Shown: positions 28,001 through 41,800 of the stretch, piece after piece | How positions within the stretch are numbered: the first letter of the stretch is position 1 | How the letters are laid out: each line of letters opens with the position of its first letter | Program-made: the position numbers and the translations under genes | Notes under the pieces: generated by a model | Seen by the model: the letters and a program-made list of their open reading frames with translations, nothing else | What the model was told of the DNA's origin: nothing | Databases searched by the model: none | Source: Auanema rhodensis | Taxonomy: Eukaryota > Animalia > Nematoda | Direction of reading: 5' to 3' | NCBI GenBank assembly: GCA_964057225.1 | Contig: OZ059898.1 | Coordinates: 2,604,001 to 2,668,000 of the forward strand | DNA: 64,000 nt

Positions 28001-30826
28001 CTAAATTATTTTGAAATTTTTCGAAACAATTTTTGTCAAAATGTTTTTGGAAGCAATGTTGAGTATACATGGAAACTCAACATACACTAATGCATCATTT
28101 TTCTAACGATCATAACTAATTTTTGTATTAAGCTTTTCTCAATGTAGTATAGTGCATTCGATGCAGATTTTTAAGCTGCGTCGATCTGTGTTATCAGATT
28201 TGCGCTAGCTTAAAAATGCACCGAGATATCAACTGATATAAGTTCACACTTATATCCTCGATTTTCACCCTGAAGAATTAATTTTTTCGTTGAATAACAT
28301 TGTCCATCGTCTTTGCCTTGAAAAATCGAATCTAAAAACATCTACTTTTTGCTAAATTATTCTGAAATTTTTCGAAACAATTTTTGTCAAAATGTTTTTG
28401 GAAGCAATGTTAAGTGTACATGGAAACTCAACATACACTAATGCATCATTTTTCAAACGATCATAACTAATTTTTGTATCAAGCGTTTCTTAATGTAGTA
28501 TAGTGCATTCGATGCGGATTTTTAAGCTGCGTCGATCTGTGTTATCAGATTTGCGCTAGCTTAAAAATGCACCGAGATATCAACTGATATAAGTTCACAC
28601 TTATATCCTCGATTTTCACCCTGAAGAAATAATTTTTTCGTTGAATAACATTGTCCATCGTCTTTGCCTTGAAAAAAGGAATCTAAAAACATTTAATTTT
28701 TGCTGAATTATTTTGAAATTTTTCGAAAAAATTTTTGTCAAAATGTTTTTGGAAGCAATGTTGAGTGTACATGGAAACTCAACATACACTAATGCATCAT
28801 TTTTCAAACGATCATAACTAATTTTTGTATCAAGCGTTTTTCAATGTAGTATAGTGCATTCGATGCGGATTTTTAAGCTGCGTCGATCTGTGTTATCAGA
28901 TTTGCGCTAGCTTAAAAATGCACCGAGATATCAACTGATATAAAATCACACTTATATCCTCGATTTTCACCCTGAAGAAATAATTTTTTCGTTGAATATT
29001 ATTGTCCATCGTCTTTGACTTGAAAAAAGGAATCTAAAAACATCTACTTTTTGCTAAATTATTTTGAAATTTTTCGAAAAAATTTTTGTCAAAATGTTTT
29101 TGGAAGCAATGTTGAGTGTACATGGAAACTCAACATACACTAATGCATCATTTTTCAAACGATCATAACTAATTTTTGTATCAAGCGTTTCTCAATGTAG
29201 TATAGTGCATTCGATGCGGATTTTTAAGCTGCGTCGATCTGTGTTATCAGATTTGCGCTAGCTTAAAAATGCACCGAGATATCAACTGATATAAGTTCAC
29301 ACTTATATCCTCGATTTTCACCCTGAAGAAATAATTTTTTCGTTGAATAACATTGTCAATCGTCTTTGCCTTGAAAAAAGGAATCTAAAAACATCTACTT
29401 TTTGCTAAATTATTTTGAAATTTTTCGAAAAAATTTTTGTCAAAATGTTTTTGGAAGCAATGTTGAGTGTACATGGAAACTCAACATACACTAATGCATC
29501 ATTTTTCTAACGATCATAACTAATTTTTGTATTAAGCTTTTCTCAATGTAGTATAGTGCATTCGATGCGGATTTTTAAGCTGCGTCGATCTGTGTTATCA
29601 GATTTGCGCTAGCTTAAAAATGCACCGAGATATCAACTGATATAAGTTCACACTTATATCCTCGATTTTCACCCTGAAGAATTAATTTTTTCGTTGAATA
29701 ACATTGTCCATCGTCTTTGCCTTGAAAAATGGAATCTTAAAACATCTACTTTTTGCTAAATTACTTTGAAATTTTTCGAAAAAATTTTTGTCAAAATGTT
29801 TTTGGAAGCAATGTTGAGTGTACATGGAAACTCAACATACACTAATGCATCATTTTTCAAACGATCATAACTAATTTTTGTATCAAGTGTTTCTCAATGT
29901 AATATAGTGCATTCGATGCGGATTTTTAAGCTGCGTCGATCTGTGTTATCAGATTTGCGCTAGCTTAAAAATGCACCGAGATATCAACTGATATAAGTTC
30001 ACACTTATATCCTCGATTTTCACCCTGAAGAATTAATTTTTTCGTTGAAAAACATTGTCCATCGTCTTTGCCTTGAAAAATGGAATCTAAAAACATCTAC
30101 TTTTTGCTAAATTATTTTGAAATTTTTCGAAACAATTTTTGTCAAAATTTTTTGGAAGCAATGTTGAGTGTACATGGAAACTCAACATACACTAATGCAT
30201 CATTTTTCAAACGGTCATAACTAATTCTTGTATCAAGCGTTTCTTAATGTAGTATAGTGCATTCGATCCGGATTTTTAAGCTGCGTCAATCTGTGTTATC
30301 AGATTTGCGCTAGCTTAAAAATGCACCGAGATATCAACTGATATAAGTTCACACTTATATCCTCGATTTTCACCCTGAAGAAATAATTTTTTCGTTGAAT
30401 AACATTGTCCATCGTCTTTGCCTTGAAAAAAGGAATCTAAAAACATCTACTTTTCGCTAAATTATTTTGAAATTTTTCGAAAAAATTTTTGTCAAAATGT
30501 TTTTGGAAGCAATGTTGAGTGTACATGGAAACTCAACATACACTAATGCATCATTTTTCTAACGATCATAACTAATTTTTGTATTAAGCTTTTCTCAATG
30601 TAGTATAGTGCATTCGATGCGGATTTTTGAGCTGCGTCGATCTGTGTTATCAGATTTGCGCTAGCTTAAAAATGCACCGAGATATCAACTGATATAAGTT
30701 CACACTTATATCCTCGATTTTCACCCTGAAGAATTAATTTTTTCGTTGAATAACATTGTCCATCGTCTTTGCCTTGAAAAATGGAATTTTAAAACATCTA
30801 CTTTTTGCTAAATTATTTTGAAATTT
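16095..30826. repeat. Tandem duplication of a 21-monomer (7370-bp) block: ~16095-23456 and ~23465-30826
   Basis: Private variants recur at exactly +7370: 1-bp deletion 22778/30148, TTTTTGAG 23259/30629, GAGTATAC, TTTGACT, TTACTTTG, and the ORF pair 21246/28616. Confidence 0.93.
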
Positions 30827-33800
30827 GTCGAAAAAATTTTTGTCAAAATGTTTTTGGAAGCAATGTTGAGTGTACATGGAAACTCAACATACACTAATGC
30901 ATCATTTTTCAAACGATCATAACTAATTTTTGTATCAAGTGTTTCTCAATGTAATATAGTGCATTCGATGCGGATTTTTAAGCTGCGTCGATCTGTGTTA
31001 TCAGATTTGCGCTAGCTTAAAAATGCACCGAGATATCAACTGATATAAGTTCACACTTATATCCTCGATTTTCACCCTGAAGAATTAATTTTTTCGTTGA
31101 ATAACATTGTCCATCGTCTTTGCCTTGAAAAATGGAATCTAAAAACATCTACTTTTTGCTAAATTATTTTGAAATTTTTCGAAAAAATTTTTGTCAAAAT
31201 GTTTTTGGAAGCAATGTTGAGTGTACATGGAAACTCAACATACACTAATGCATCATTTTTCAAACGATCATAACTAATTTTTGTATTAAGCGTTTCTCAA
31301 TGTAGTATAGTGCATTCGATGCGGATTTTTAAGCTGCGTCGATCTGTGTTATCAGATTTGCGCTAGCTTAAAAATGCACCGAGATATCAACTGATATAAG
31401 TTCACACTTATATCCTCGATTTTCACCCTGAAGAAATAATTTTTTCGTTGAATAACATTGTCCATCGTCTTTGCCTTGAAAAATGGAATCTAAAAACATC
31501 TACTTTTCGCTAAATTATTTTGAAATTTTTCGAAAAAATTTTTGTCAAAATGTTTTTGGAAGCAATGTTGAGTGTACATGGAAACTCAACATACACTAAT
31601 GCATCATTTTTCTAACGATCATAACTAATTTTTGTATTAAGCTTTTCTCAATGTAGTATAGTGCATTCGATGCGAATTTTTAAGCTGCGTCGATCTGTGT
31701 TATCAGATTTGCGCTAGCTTAAAAATGCACCGAGATATCAACTGATATAAGTTCACACTTATATCCTCGATTTTCACCCTGAAGAATTAATTTTTTCGTT
31801 GAATAACATTGTCCATCGTCTTTGCCTTGAAAAATGGAATCTTAAAACATCTACTTTTTGCTAAATTATTTTGAAATTTTTCGAAAAAATTTTTGTCAAA
31901 ATGTTTTTGGAAGCAATGTTGAGTGTACATGGAAACTCAACATACACTAATGCATCATTTTTCAAACGATCATAACTAATTTTTGTATCAAGTGTTTCTC
32001 AATGTAATATAGTGCATTCGATGCGGATTTTTAAGCTGCGTCGATCTGTGTTATCAGATTTGCGCTAGCTTAAAAATGCACCGAGATATCAACTGATATA
32101 AGTTCACACTTATATCCTCGATTTTCACCCTGAAGAATTAATTTTTTCGTTGAATAACATTGTCCATCGTCTTTGCCTTGAAAAATCGAATCTAAAAACA
32201 TCTACTTTTTGCTAAATTATTTTGAAATTTTTCGAAAAAATTTTTGTCAAAATGTTTTTGGAAGCAATGTTGAGTGTACATGGAAACTCAACATACACTA
32301 ATGCATCATTTTTCCAACGATCATAACTAATTTTTGTATTAAGCTTTTCTCAATGTAGTATAGTGCATTCGATGCGAATTTTTAAGCTGCGTCGATCTGT
32401 GTTATCAGATTTGCGCTAGCTTAAAAATGCACCGAGATATCAACTGATATAAGTTCACACTTATATCCTCGATTTTCACCCTGAAGAATTAATTTTTTCG
32501 TTGAATAACATTGTCCATCGTCTTTGCCTTGAAAAATGGAATCTTAAAACATCTACTTTTTGCTAAATTATTTTGAAATTTTTCGAAAAAATTTTTGTCA
32601 AAATGTTTTTGGAAGCAATGTTGAGTGTACATGGAAACTCAACATACACTAATGCATCATTTTTCTAACGATCATAACTAATTTTTGTATTAAGCTTTTC
32701 TCAATGTAGTATAGTGCATTCGATGCGAATTTTTAAGCTGCGTCGATCTGTGTTATCAGATTTGCGCTAGCTTAAAAATGCACCGAGATATCAACTGATA
32801 TAAGTTCACACTTATATCCTCGATTTTCACCCTGAAGAATTAATTTTTTCGTTGAATAACATTGTCCATCGTCTTTGCCTTGAAAAATGGAATCTTAAAA
32901 CATCTACTTTTTGCTAAATTATTTTGAAATTTTTCGAAAAAATTTTTGTCAAAATGTTTTTGGAAGCAATGTTGAGTGTACATGGAAACTCAACATACAC
33001 TAATGCATCATTTTTCAAACGATCATAACTAATTTTTGTATCAAGTGTTTCTCAATGTAATATAGTGCATTCGATGTGGATTTTTAAGCTGCGTCGATCT
33101 GTGTTATCAGATTTGCGCTAGCTTAAAAATGCACCGAGATATCAACTGATATAAGTTCACACTTATATCCTCGATTTTCACCCTGAAGAATTAATTTTTT
33201 CGTTGAATAACATTGTCCATCGTCTTTGCCTTGAAAAATGGAATCTAAAAACATCTACTTTTTGCTAAATTATTTTGAAATTTTTCGAAACAATTTTTGT
33301 CAAAATGTTTTTGGAAGCAATGTTGAGTGTACATGGAAACTCAACATACACTAATGCATCATTTTTCAAACGATCATAACTAATTTTTGTATTAAGCGTT
33401 TCTCAATGTAGTATAGTGCATTCGATGCGGATTTTTAAGCTGCGTCGATCTGTGTTATCAGATTTGCGCTAGCTTAAAAATGCACCGAGATATCAACTGA
33501 TATAAGTTCACACTTATATCCTCGATTTTCACCCTGAAGAAATAATTTTTTCGTTGAATAACATTGTCCATCGTCTTTGCCTTGAAAAAAGGAATCTAAA
33601 AACATCTACTTTTTGCTAAATTATTTTGAAATTTTTCGAAAAAATTTTTGTCAAAATGTTTTTGGAAGCAATGTTGAGTGTACATGGAAACTCAACATAC
33701 ACTAATGCATCATTTTTCTAACGATCATAACTAATTTTTGTATTAAGCTTTTCTCAATGTAGTATAGTGCATTCGATGCGAATTTTTAAGCTGCGTCGAT

Positions 33801-36800
33801 CTGTGTTATCAGATTTGCGCTAGCTTAAAAATGCACCGAGATATCAACTGATATAAGTTCACACTTATATCTTCGATTTTCACCCTGAAGAATTAATTTT
33901 TTCGTTGAATAACATTGTCCATCGTCTTTGCCTTGAAAAATGGAATCTTAAAACATCTACTTTTTGCTAAATTATTTTGAAATTTTTCGAAAAAATTTTT
34001 GTCAAAATGTTTTTGGAAGCAATGTTGAGTGTACATGGAAACTCAACATACACTAATGCATCATTTTTCAAACGATCATAACTAATTTTTGTATCAAGTG
34101 TTTCTCAATGTAATATAGTGCATTCGATGCGGATTTTTAAGCTGCGTCGATCTGTGTTATCAGATTTGCGCTAGCTTAAAAATGCACCGAGATATCAACT
34201 GATATAAGTTCACACTTATATCCTCGATTTTCACCCTGAAGAATTAATTTTTTCGTTGAATAACATTGTCCATCGTCTTTGCCTTGAAAAATGGAATCTA
34301 AAAACATCTACTTTTTGCTAAATTATTTTGAAATTTTTCGAAACAATTTTTGTCAAAATGTTTTTGGAAGCAATGTTGAGTGTACATGGAAACTCAACAT
34401 ACACTAATGCATCATTTTTCTAACGATCATAACTAATTTTTGTATTAAGCTTTTCTCAATGTAGTATAGTGCATTCGATGCGAATTTTTAAGCTGCGTCG
34501 ATCTGTGTTATCAGATTTGCGCTAGCTTAAAAATGCACCGAGATATCAACTGATATAAGTTCACACTTATATCCTCGATTTTCACCCTGAAGAATTAATT
34601 TTTTCGTTGAATAACATTGTCCATCGTCTTTGCCTTGAAAAATGGAATCTTAAAACATCTACTTTTTGCTAAATTATTTTGAAATTTTTCGAAAAAATTT
34701 TTGTCAAAATGTTTTTGGAAGCAATGTTGAGTGTACATGGAAACTCAACATACACTAATGCATCATTTTTCAAACGATCATAACTAATTTTTGTATCAAG
34801 TGTTTCTCAATGTAATATAGTGCATTCGATGCGGATTTTTAAGCTGCGTCGATCTGTGTTATCAGATTTGCGCTAGCTTAAAAATGCACCGAGATATCAA
34901 CTGATATAAGTTCACACTTATATCCTCGATTTTCACCCTGAAGAATTAATTTTTTCGTTGAATAACATTGTCCATCGTCTTTGCCTTGAAAAATGGAATC
35001 TAAAAACATCTACTTTTTGCTAAATTATTTTGAAATTTTTCGAAACAATTTTTGTCAAAATGTTTTTGGAAGCAATGTTGAGTGTACATGGAAACTCAAC
35101 ATACACTAATGCATCATTTTTCAAACGATCATAACTAATTTTTGTATCAAGCGTTTCTTAATGTAGTATAGTGCATTCAATCCGGATTTTTAAGCTGCGT
35201 CAATCTGTGTTATCAGATTTGCGCTAGCTTAAAAATGCACCGAGATATCAACTGATATAAGTTCACACTTATATCCTCGATTTTCACCCTGAAGAAATAA
35301 TTTTTTCGTTGAATAACATTGTCCATCGTCTTTGCCTTGAAAAAAGGAATCTAAAAACATCTACTTTTTGCTAAATTATTTTGAAATTTTTCGAAAAAAT
35401 TTTTGTCAAAATGTTTTTGGAAGCAATGTTGAGTGTACATGGAAACTCAACATACACTAATGCATCATTTTTCTAACGATCATAACTAATTTTTGTATTA
35501 AGCTTTTCTCAATGTAGTATAGTGCATTCGATGCGAATTTTTAAGCTGCGTCGATCTGTGTTATCAGATTTGCGCTAGCTTAAAAATGCACCGAGATATC
35601 AACTGATATAAGTTCACACTTATATCCTCGATTTTCACCCTGAAGAATTAATTTTTTCGTTGAATAACATTGTCCATCGTCTTTGCCTTGAAAAATGGAA
35701 TCTTAAAACATCTACTTTTTGCTAAATTATTTTGAAATTTTTCGAAAAAATTTTTGTCAAAATGTTTTTGGAAGCAATGTTGAGTGTACATGGAAACTCA
35801 ACATACACTAATGCATCATTTTTCAAACGATCATAACTAATTTTTGTATCAAGTGTTTCTCAATGTAATATAGTGCATTCGATGCGGATTTTTAAGCTGC
35901 GTCGATCTGTGTTATCAGATTTGCGCTAGCTTAAAAATGCACCGAGATATCAACTGATATAAGTTCACACTTATATCCTCGATTTTCACCCTGAAGAATT
36001 AATTTTTTCGTTGAATAACATTGTCCATCGTCTTTGCCTTGAAAAATGGAATCTAAAAACATCTACTTTTTGCTAAATTATTTTGAAATTTTTCGAAACA
36101 ATTTTTGTCAAAATGTTTTTGGAAGCAATGTTGAGTGTACATGGAAACTCAACATACACTAATGCATCATTTTTCAAACGATCATAACTAATTTTTGTAT
36201 CAAGCGTTTCTTAATGTAGTATAGTGCATTCAATCCGGATTTTTAAGCTGCGTCAATCTGTGTTATCAGATTTGCGCTAGCTTAAAAATGCACCGAGATA
36301 TCAACTGATATAAGTTCACACTTATATCCTCGATTTTCACCCTGAAGAAATAATTTTTTCGTTGAATAACATTGTCCATCGTCTTTGCCTTGAAAAAAGG
36401 AATCTAAAAACATCTACTTTTTGCTAAATTATTTTGAAATTTTTCGAAAAAATTTTTGTCAAAATGTTTTTGGAAGCAATGTTGAGTGTACATGGAAACT
36501 CAACATACACTAATGCATCATTTTTCTAACGATCATAACTAATTTTTGTATTAAGCTTTTCTCAATGTAGTATAGTGCATTCGATGCGAATTTTTAAGCT
36601 GCGTCGATCTGTGTTATCAGATTTGCGCTAGCTTAAAAATGCACCGAGATATCAACTGATATAAGTTCACACTTATATCCTCGATTTTCACCCTGAAGAA
36701 TTAATTTTTTCGTTGAATAACATTGTCCATCGTCTCTGCCTTGAAAAATGGAATCTTAAAACATCTACTTTTTGCTAAATTATTTTGAAATTTTTCGAAA

Positions 36801-38816
36801 AAATTTTTGTCAAAATGTTTTTGGAAGCAATGTTGAGTGTACATGGAAACTCAACATACACTAATGCATCATTTTTCAAACGATCATAACTAATTTTTGT
36901 ATCAAGTGTTTCTCAATGTAATATAGTGCATTCGATGCGAATTTTTAAGCTGCGTCGATCTGTGTTATCAGATTTGCGCTAGCTTAAAAATGCACCGAGA
37001 TATCAACTGATATAAGTTCACACTTATATCCTCGATTTTCACCCTGAAGAATTAATTTTTTCGTTGAATAACATTGTCCATCGTCTTTGCCTTGAAAAAT
37101 GGAATCTTAAAACATCTACTTTTTGCTAAATTATTTTGAAATTTTTCGAAAAAATTTTTGTCAAAATGTTTTTGGAAGCAATGTTGAGTGTACATGGAAA
37201 CTCAACATACACTAATGCATCATTTTTCAAACGATCATAACTAATTTTTGTATCAAGCGTTTTTCAATGTAGTATAGTGCATTCGATGCGGATTTTTAAG
37301 CTGCGTCGATCTGTGTTATCAGATTTGCGCTAGCTTAAAAATGCACCGAGATATCAACTGATATAAGTTCACACTTATATCCTCGATTTTCACCCTGAAG
37401 AATTAATTTTTTCGTTGAATAACATTGTCCATCGTCTTTGCCTTGAAAAATGGAATCTAAAAACATCTACTTTTTGCTAAATTATTTTGAAATTTTTCGA
37501 AACAATTTTTGTCAAAATGTTTTTGGAAGCAATGTTGAGTGTACATGGAAACTCAACATACACTAATGCATCATTTTTCAAACGGTCATAACTAATTTTT
37601 GTATCAAGCGTTTCTTAATGTAGTATAGTGCATTCGATCCGGATTTTTAAGCTGCGTCAATCTGTGTTATCAGATTTGCGCTAGCTTAAAAATGCACCGA
37701 GATATCAACTGATATAAGTTCACACTTATATCCTCGATTTTCACCCTGAAGAAATAATTTTTTCGTTGAATAACATTGTCCATCGTCTTTGCCTTGAAAA
37801 AAGGAATCTAAAAACATCTACTTTTTGCTAAATTATTTTGAAAGTTTTCGAAAAAATTTTTGTCAAAATGTTTTTGGAAGCAATGTTGAGTGTACATGGA
37901 AACTCAACATACACTAATGCATCATTTTTCTAACGATCATAACTAATTTTTGTATTAAGCTTTTCTCAATGTAGTATAGTGCTTTCGATGCGGATTTTTA
38001 AGCTGCGTCGATCTGTGTTATCAGATTTGCGCTAGCTTAAAAATGCACCGAGATATCAACTGATATAAGTTCACACTTATATCCTCGATTTTCACCCTGA
38101 AGAATTAATTTTTTCGTTGAATAACATTGTCCATCGTCTTTGCCTTGAAAAATGGAATCTTAAAACATCTACTTTTTGCTAAATTATTTTGAAATTTTTC
38201 GAAAAAATTTTTGTCAAAATGTTTTTGGAAGCAATGTTGAGTGTACATGGAAACTCAACATACACTAATGCATCATTTTTCAAACGATCATAACTAATTT
38301 TTGTATCAAGTGTTTCTCAATGTAATATAGTGCATTCGATGCGGATTGTTAAGCTGCGTCGATCTGTGTTATCAGATTTGCGCTAGCTTAAAAATGCACC
38401 GAGATATCAACTGATATAAGTTCACACTTATATCCTCGATTTTCACCCTGAAGAATTAATTTTTTCGTTGAATAACATTGTCCATCGTCTTTGCCTTGAA
38501 AAATGGAATCTAAAAACATCTACTTTTTGCTAAATTATTTTGAAATTTTTCGAAACAATTTTTGTCAAAATGTTTTTGGAAGCAATGTTGAGTGTACATG
38601 GAAACTCAACATACACTAATGCATCATTTTTCAAACGGTCATAACTAATTTTTGTATCAAGCGTTTCTTAATGTAGTATAGTGCATTCGATCCGGATTTT
38701 TAAGCTGCGTCGATCTGTGTTATCAGATTTGCGCTAGCTTAAAAATGCACCGAGATATCAACTGATATAAGTTCACACTTATATCCTCGATTTTCACCCT
38801 GAAGAATTAATTTTTT

Positions 38817-41800
38817 TGTTGAATAACATTGTCCATCGTCTTTGCCTTGAAAAATGGAATCTAAAAACATCTACTTTTTGCTAAATTATTTTGAAATTTT
38901 TCGAAAAAATTTTTGTCAAAATGTTTTTGGAAGCAATGTTGAGTGTACATGGAAACTCAACATACACTAATGCATCATTTTTCAAACGATCATAACTAAT
39001 TTTTGTATCAAGGGTTTTTCAATGTAGTATAGTGCATTCGATGCGGATTTTTAAGCTGCGTCGATCTGTGTTATCAGATTTGCGCTAGCTTAAAAATGCA
39101 CCGAGATATCAACTGATATAAGTTCACACTTATATCCTCGATTTTCACCCTGAAGAAATAATTTTTTCGTTGAATATTATTGTCCATCGTCTTTGCCTTG
39201 AAAAATGGAATCTAAAAACATCTACTTTTTGCTAAATTATTTTGAAATTTTTCGAAACAATTTTTGTCAAAATGTTTTTGGAAGCAATGTTGAGTGTACA
39301 TGGAAACTCAACATACACTAATGCATCATTTTTCAAACGATCATAACTAATTTTTGTATCAAGCGTTTCTCAATGTAGTATAGTGCATTCGATGCGGATT
39401 TTTAAGCTGCGTCGATCTGTGTTATCAGATTTGCGCTAGCTTAAAAATGCACCGAGATATCAACTGATATAAGTTCACACTTATATCCTCGATTTTCACC
39501 CTGAAGAAATAATTTTTTCGTTGAATATTATTGTCCATCGTCTTTGCCTTGAAAAAAGGAATCTAAAAACATCTACTTTTTGCTAAATTATTTTGAAATT
39601 TTTCGAAAAAATTTTTGTCAAAATGTTTTTGGAAGCAATGTTGAGTGTACATGGAAACTCAACATACACTAATGCATCATTTTTCAAACGATCATAACTA
39701 ATTTTTGTATCAAGTGTTTCTCAATGTAATATAGTGCATTCGATGCGGATTTTTAAGCTGCGTCGATCTGTGTTATCAGATTTGCGCTAGCTTAAAAATG
39801 CACCGAGATATCAACTGATATAAGTTCACACTTATATCCTCGATTTTCACCCTGAAGAATTAATTTTTTCGTTGAATAACATTGTCCATCGTCTTTGCCT
39901 TGAAAAATGGAATCTAAAAACATCTACTTTTTGCTAAATTATTTTGAAATTTTTCGAAACAATTTTTGTCAAAATGTTTTTGGAAGCAATGTTGAGTGTA
40001 CATGGAAACTCAACATACACTAATGCATCATTTTTCAAACGGTCATAACTAATTTTTGTATCAAGCGTTTCTTAATGTAGTATAGTGCATTCGATGCGGA
40101 TTTTTAAGCTGCGTCGATCTGTGTTATCAGATTTGCGCTAGCTTAAAAATGCACCGAGATATCAACTGATATAAGTTCACACTTATATCCTCGATTTTCA
40201 CCCTGAAGAATTAATTTTTTCGTTGAATAACATTGTCCATCGTCTTTGCCTTGAAAAATGGAATCTAAAAACATCTACTTTTTGCTAAATTATTTTGAAA
40301 TTTTTCGAAACAATTTTTGTCAAAATGTTTTTGGAAGCAATGTTGAGTGTACATGGAAACTCAACATACACTAATGCATCATTTTTCAAACGGTCATAAC
40401 TAATTTTTGTATCAAGCGTTTCTTAATGTAGTATAGTGCATTCGATGCGGATTTTTAAGCTGCGTCGATCTGTGTTATCAGATTTACGCTAGCTTAAAAA
40501 TGCACCGAGATATCAACTGATATAAGTTCACACTTATATCCTCGATTTTCACCCTGAAGAATTAATTTTTTCGTTGAATAACATTGTCCATCGTCTTTGC
40601 CTTGAAAAATGAAATCTAAAAACATCTACTTTTTGCTAAATTATTTTGAAATTTTTCGAAAAACTTTTTGTCAAAATGTTTTTGGAAGCAATGTTGAGTG
40701 TACATGGAAACTCAACATACACTAATGCATCATTTTTCAAACGATCATAACTAATTTTTGTATCAAGCGTTTCTCAATGTAGTATAGTGCATTCGATGCG
40801 GATTTTTAAGCTGCGTCGATCTATGTTATCAGATTTGCGCTAGCTCAAAAATGCACCGAGATATCAACTGATATAAGTTCACACTTATATCCTCGATTTT
40901 CACCCTGAAGAATTAACTTTTTCGTTGAATAACATTGTCTATCGTCTTTGCCTTGAAAAATGGAATCTAAAAACATCTACTTTTCGCTAAATTATTTTGA
41001 AATTTTTCGAAAAAATTTTTGTCAAAATGTTTTTGGAAGCAATGTTGAGTGTACATGGAAACTCAACATACACTAATGCATCATTTTTCAAACGATCATA
41101 ACTAATTTTTGTATCAAGCGTTTCTCAATGTAGTATAGTGCATTCGATCCGGATTTTTAAGCTGCGTCAATCTGTGTTATCAGATTTGCGCTAGCTTAAA
41201 AATGCACCGAGATATCAACTGATATAAGTTCACACTTATATCCTCGATTTTCACCCTGAAGAATTAATTTTTTTGTTGAATAACATTGTCCATCGTCTTT
41301 GCCTTGAAAAATGGAATCTAAAAACATCTACTTTTTGCTAAATTATTTTGAAATTTTTCGAAAAAATTTTTGTCAAAATGTTTTTGGAAGCAATGTTGAG
41401 TGTACATGGAAACTCAACATACACTAATGCATCATTTTTCAAACGATCATAACTAATTTTTGTATCAAGGGTTTTTCAATGTAGTATAGTGCATTCGATG
41501 CGGATTTTTAAGCTGCGTCGATCTGTGTTATCAGATTTGCGCTAGCTTAAAAATGCACCGAGATATCAACTGATATAAGTTCACACTTATATCCTCGATT
41601 TTCACCCTGAAGAAATAATTTTTTCGTTGAATATTATTGTCCATCGTCTTTGCCTTGAAAAATGGAATCTAAAAACATCTACTTTTTGCTAAATTATTTT
41701 GAAATTTTTCGAAACAATTTTTGTCAAAATGTTTTTGGAAGCAATGTTGAGTGTACATGGAAACTCAACATACACTAATGCATCATTTTTCAAACGATCA

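Noticed and set aside
28616-28807. Second identical 63-aa ORF
   Set aside because: A passive copy within the 7370-bp duplication, not independent evidence of coding.
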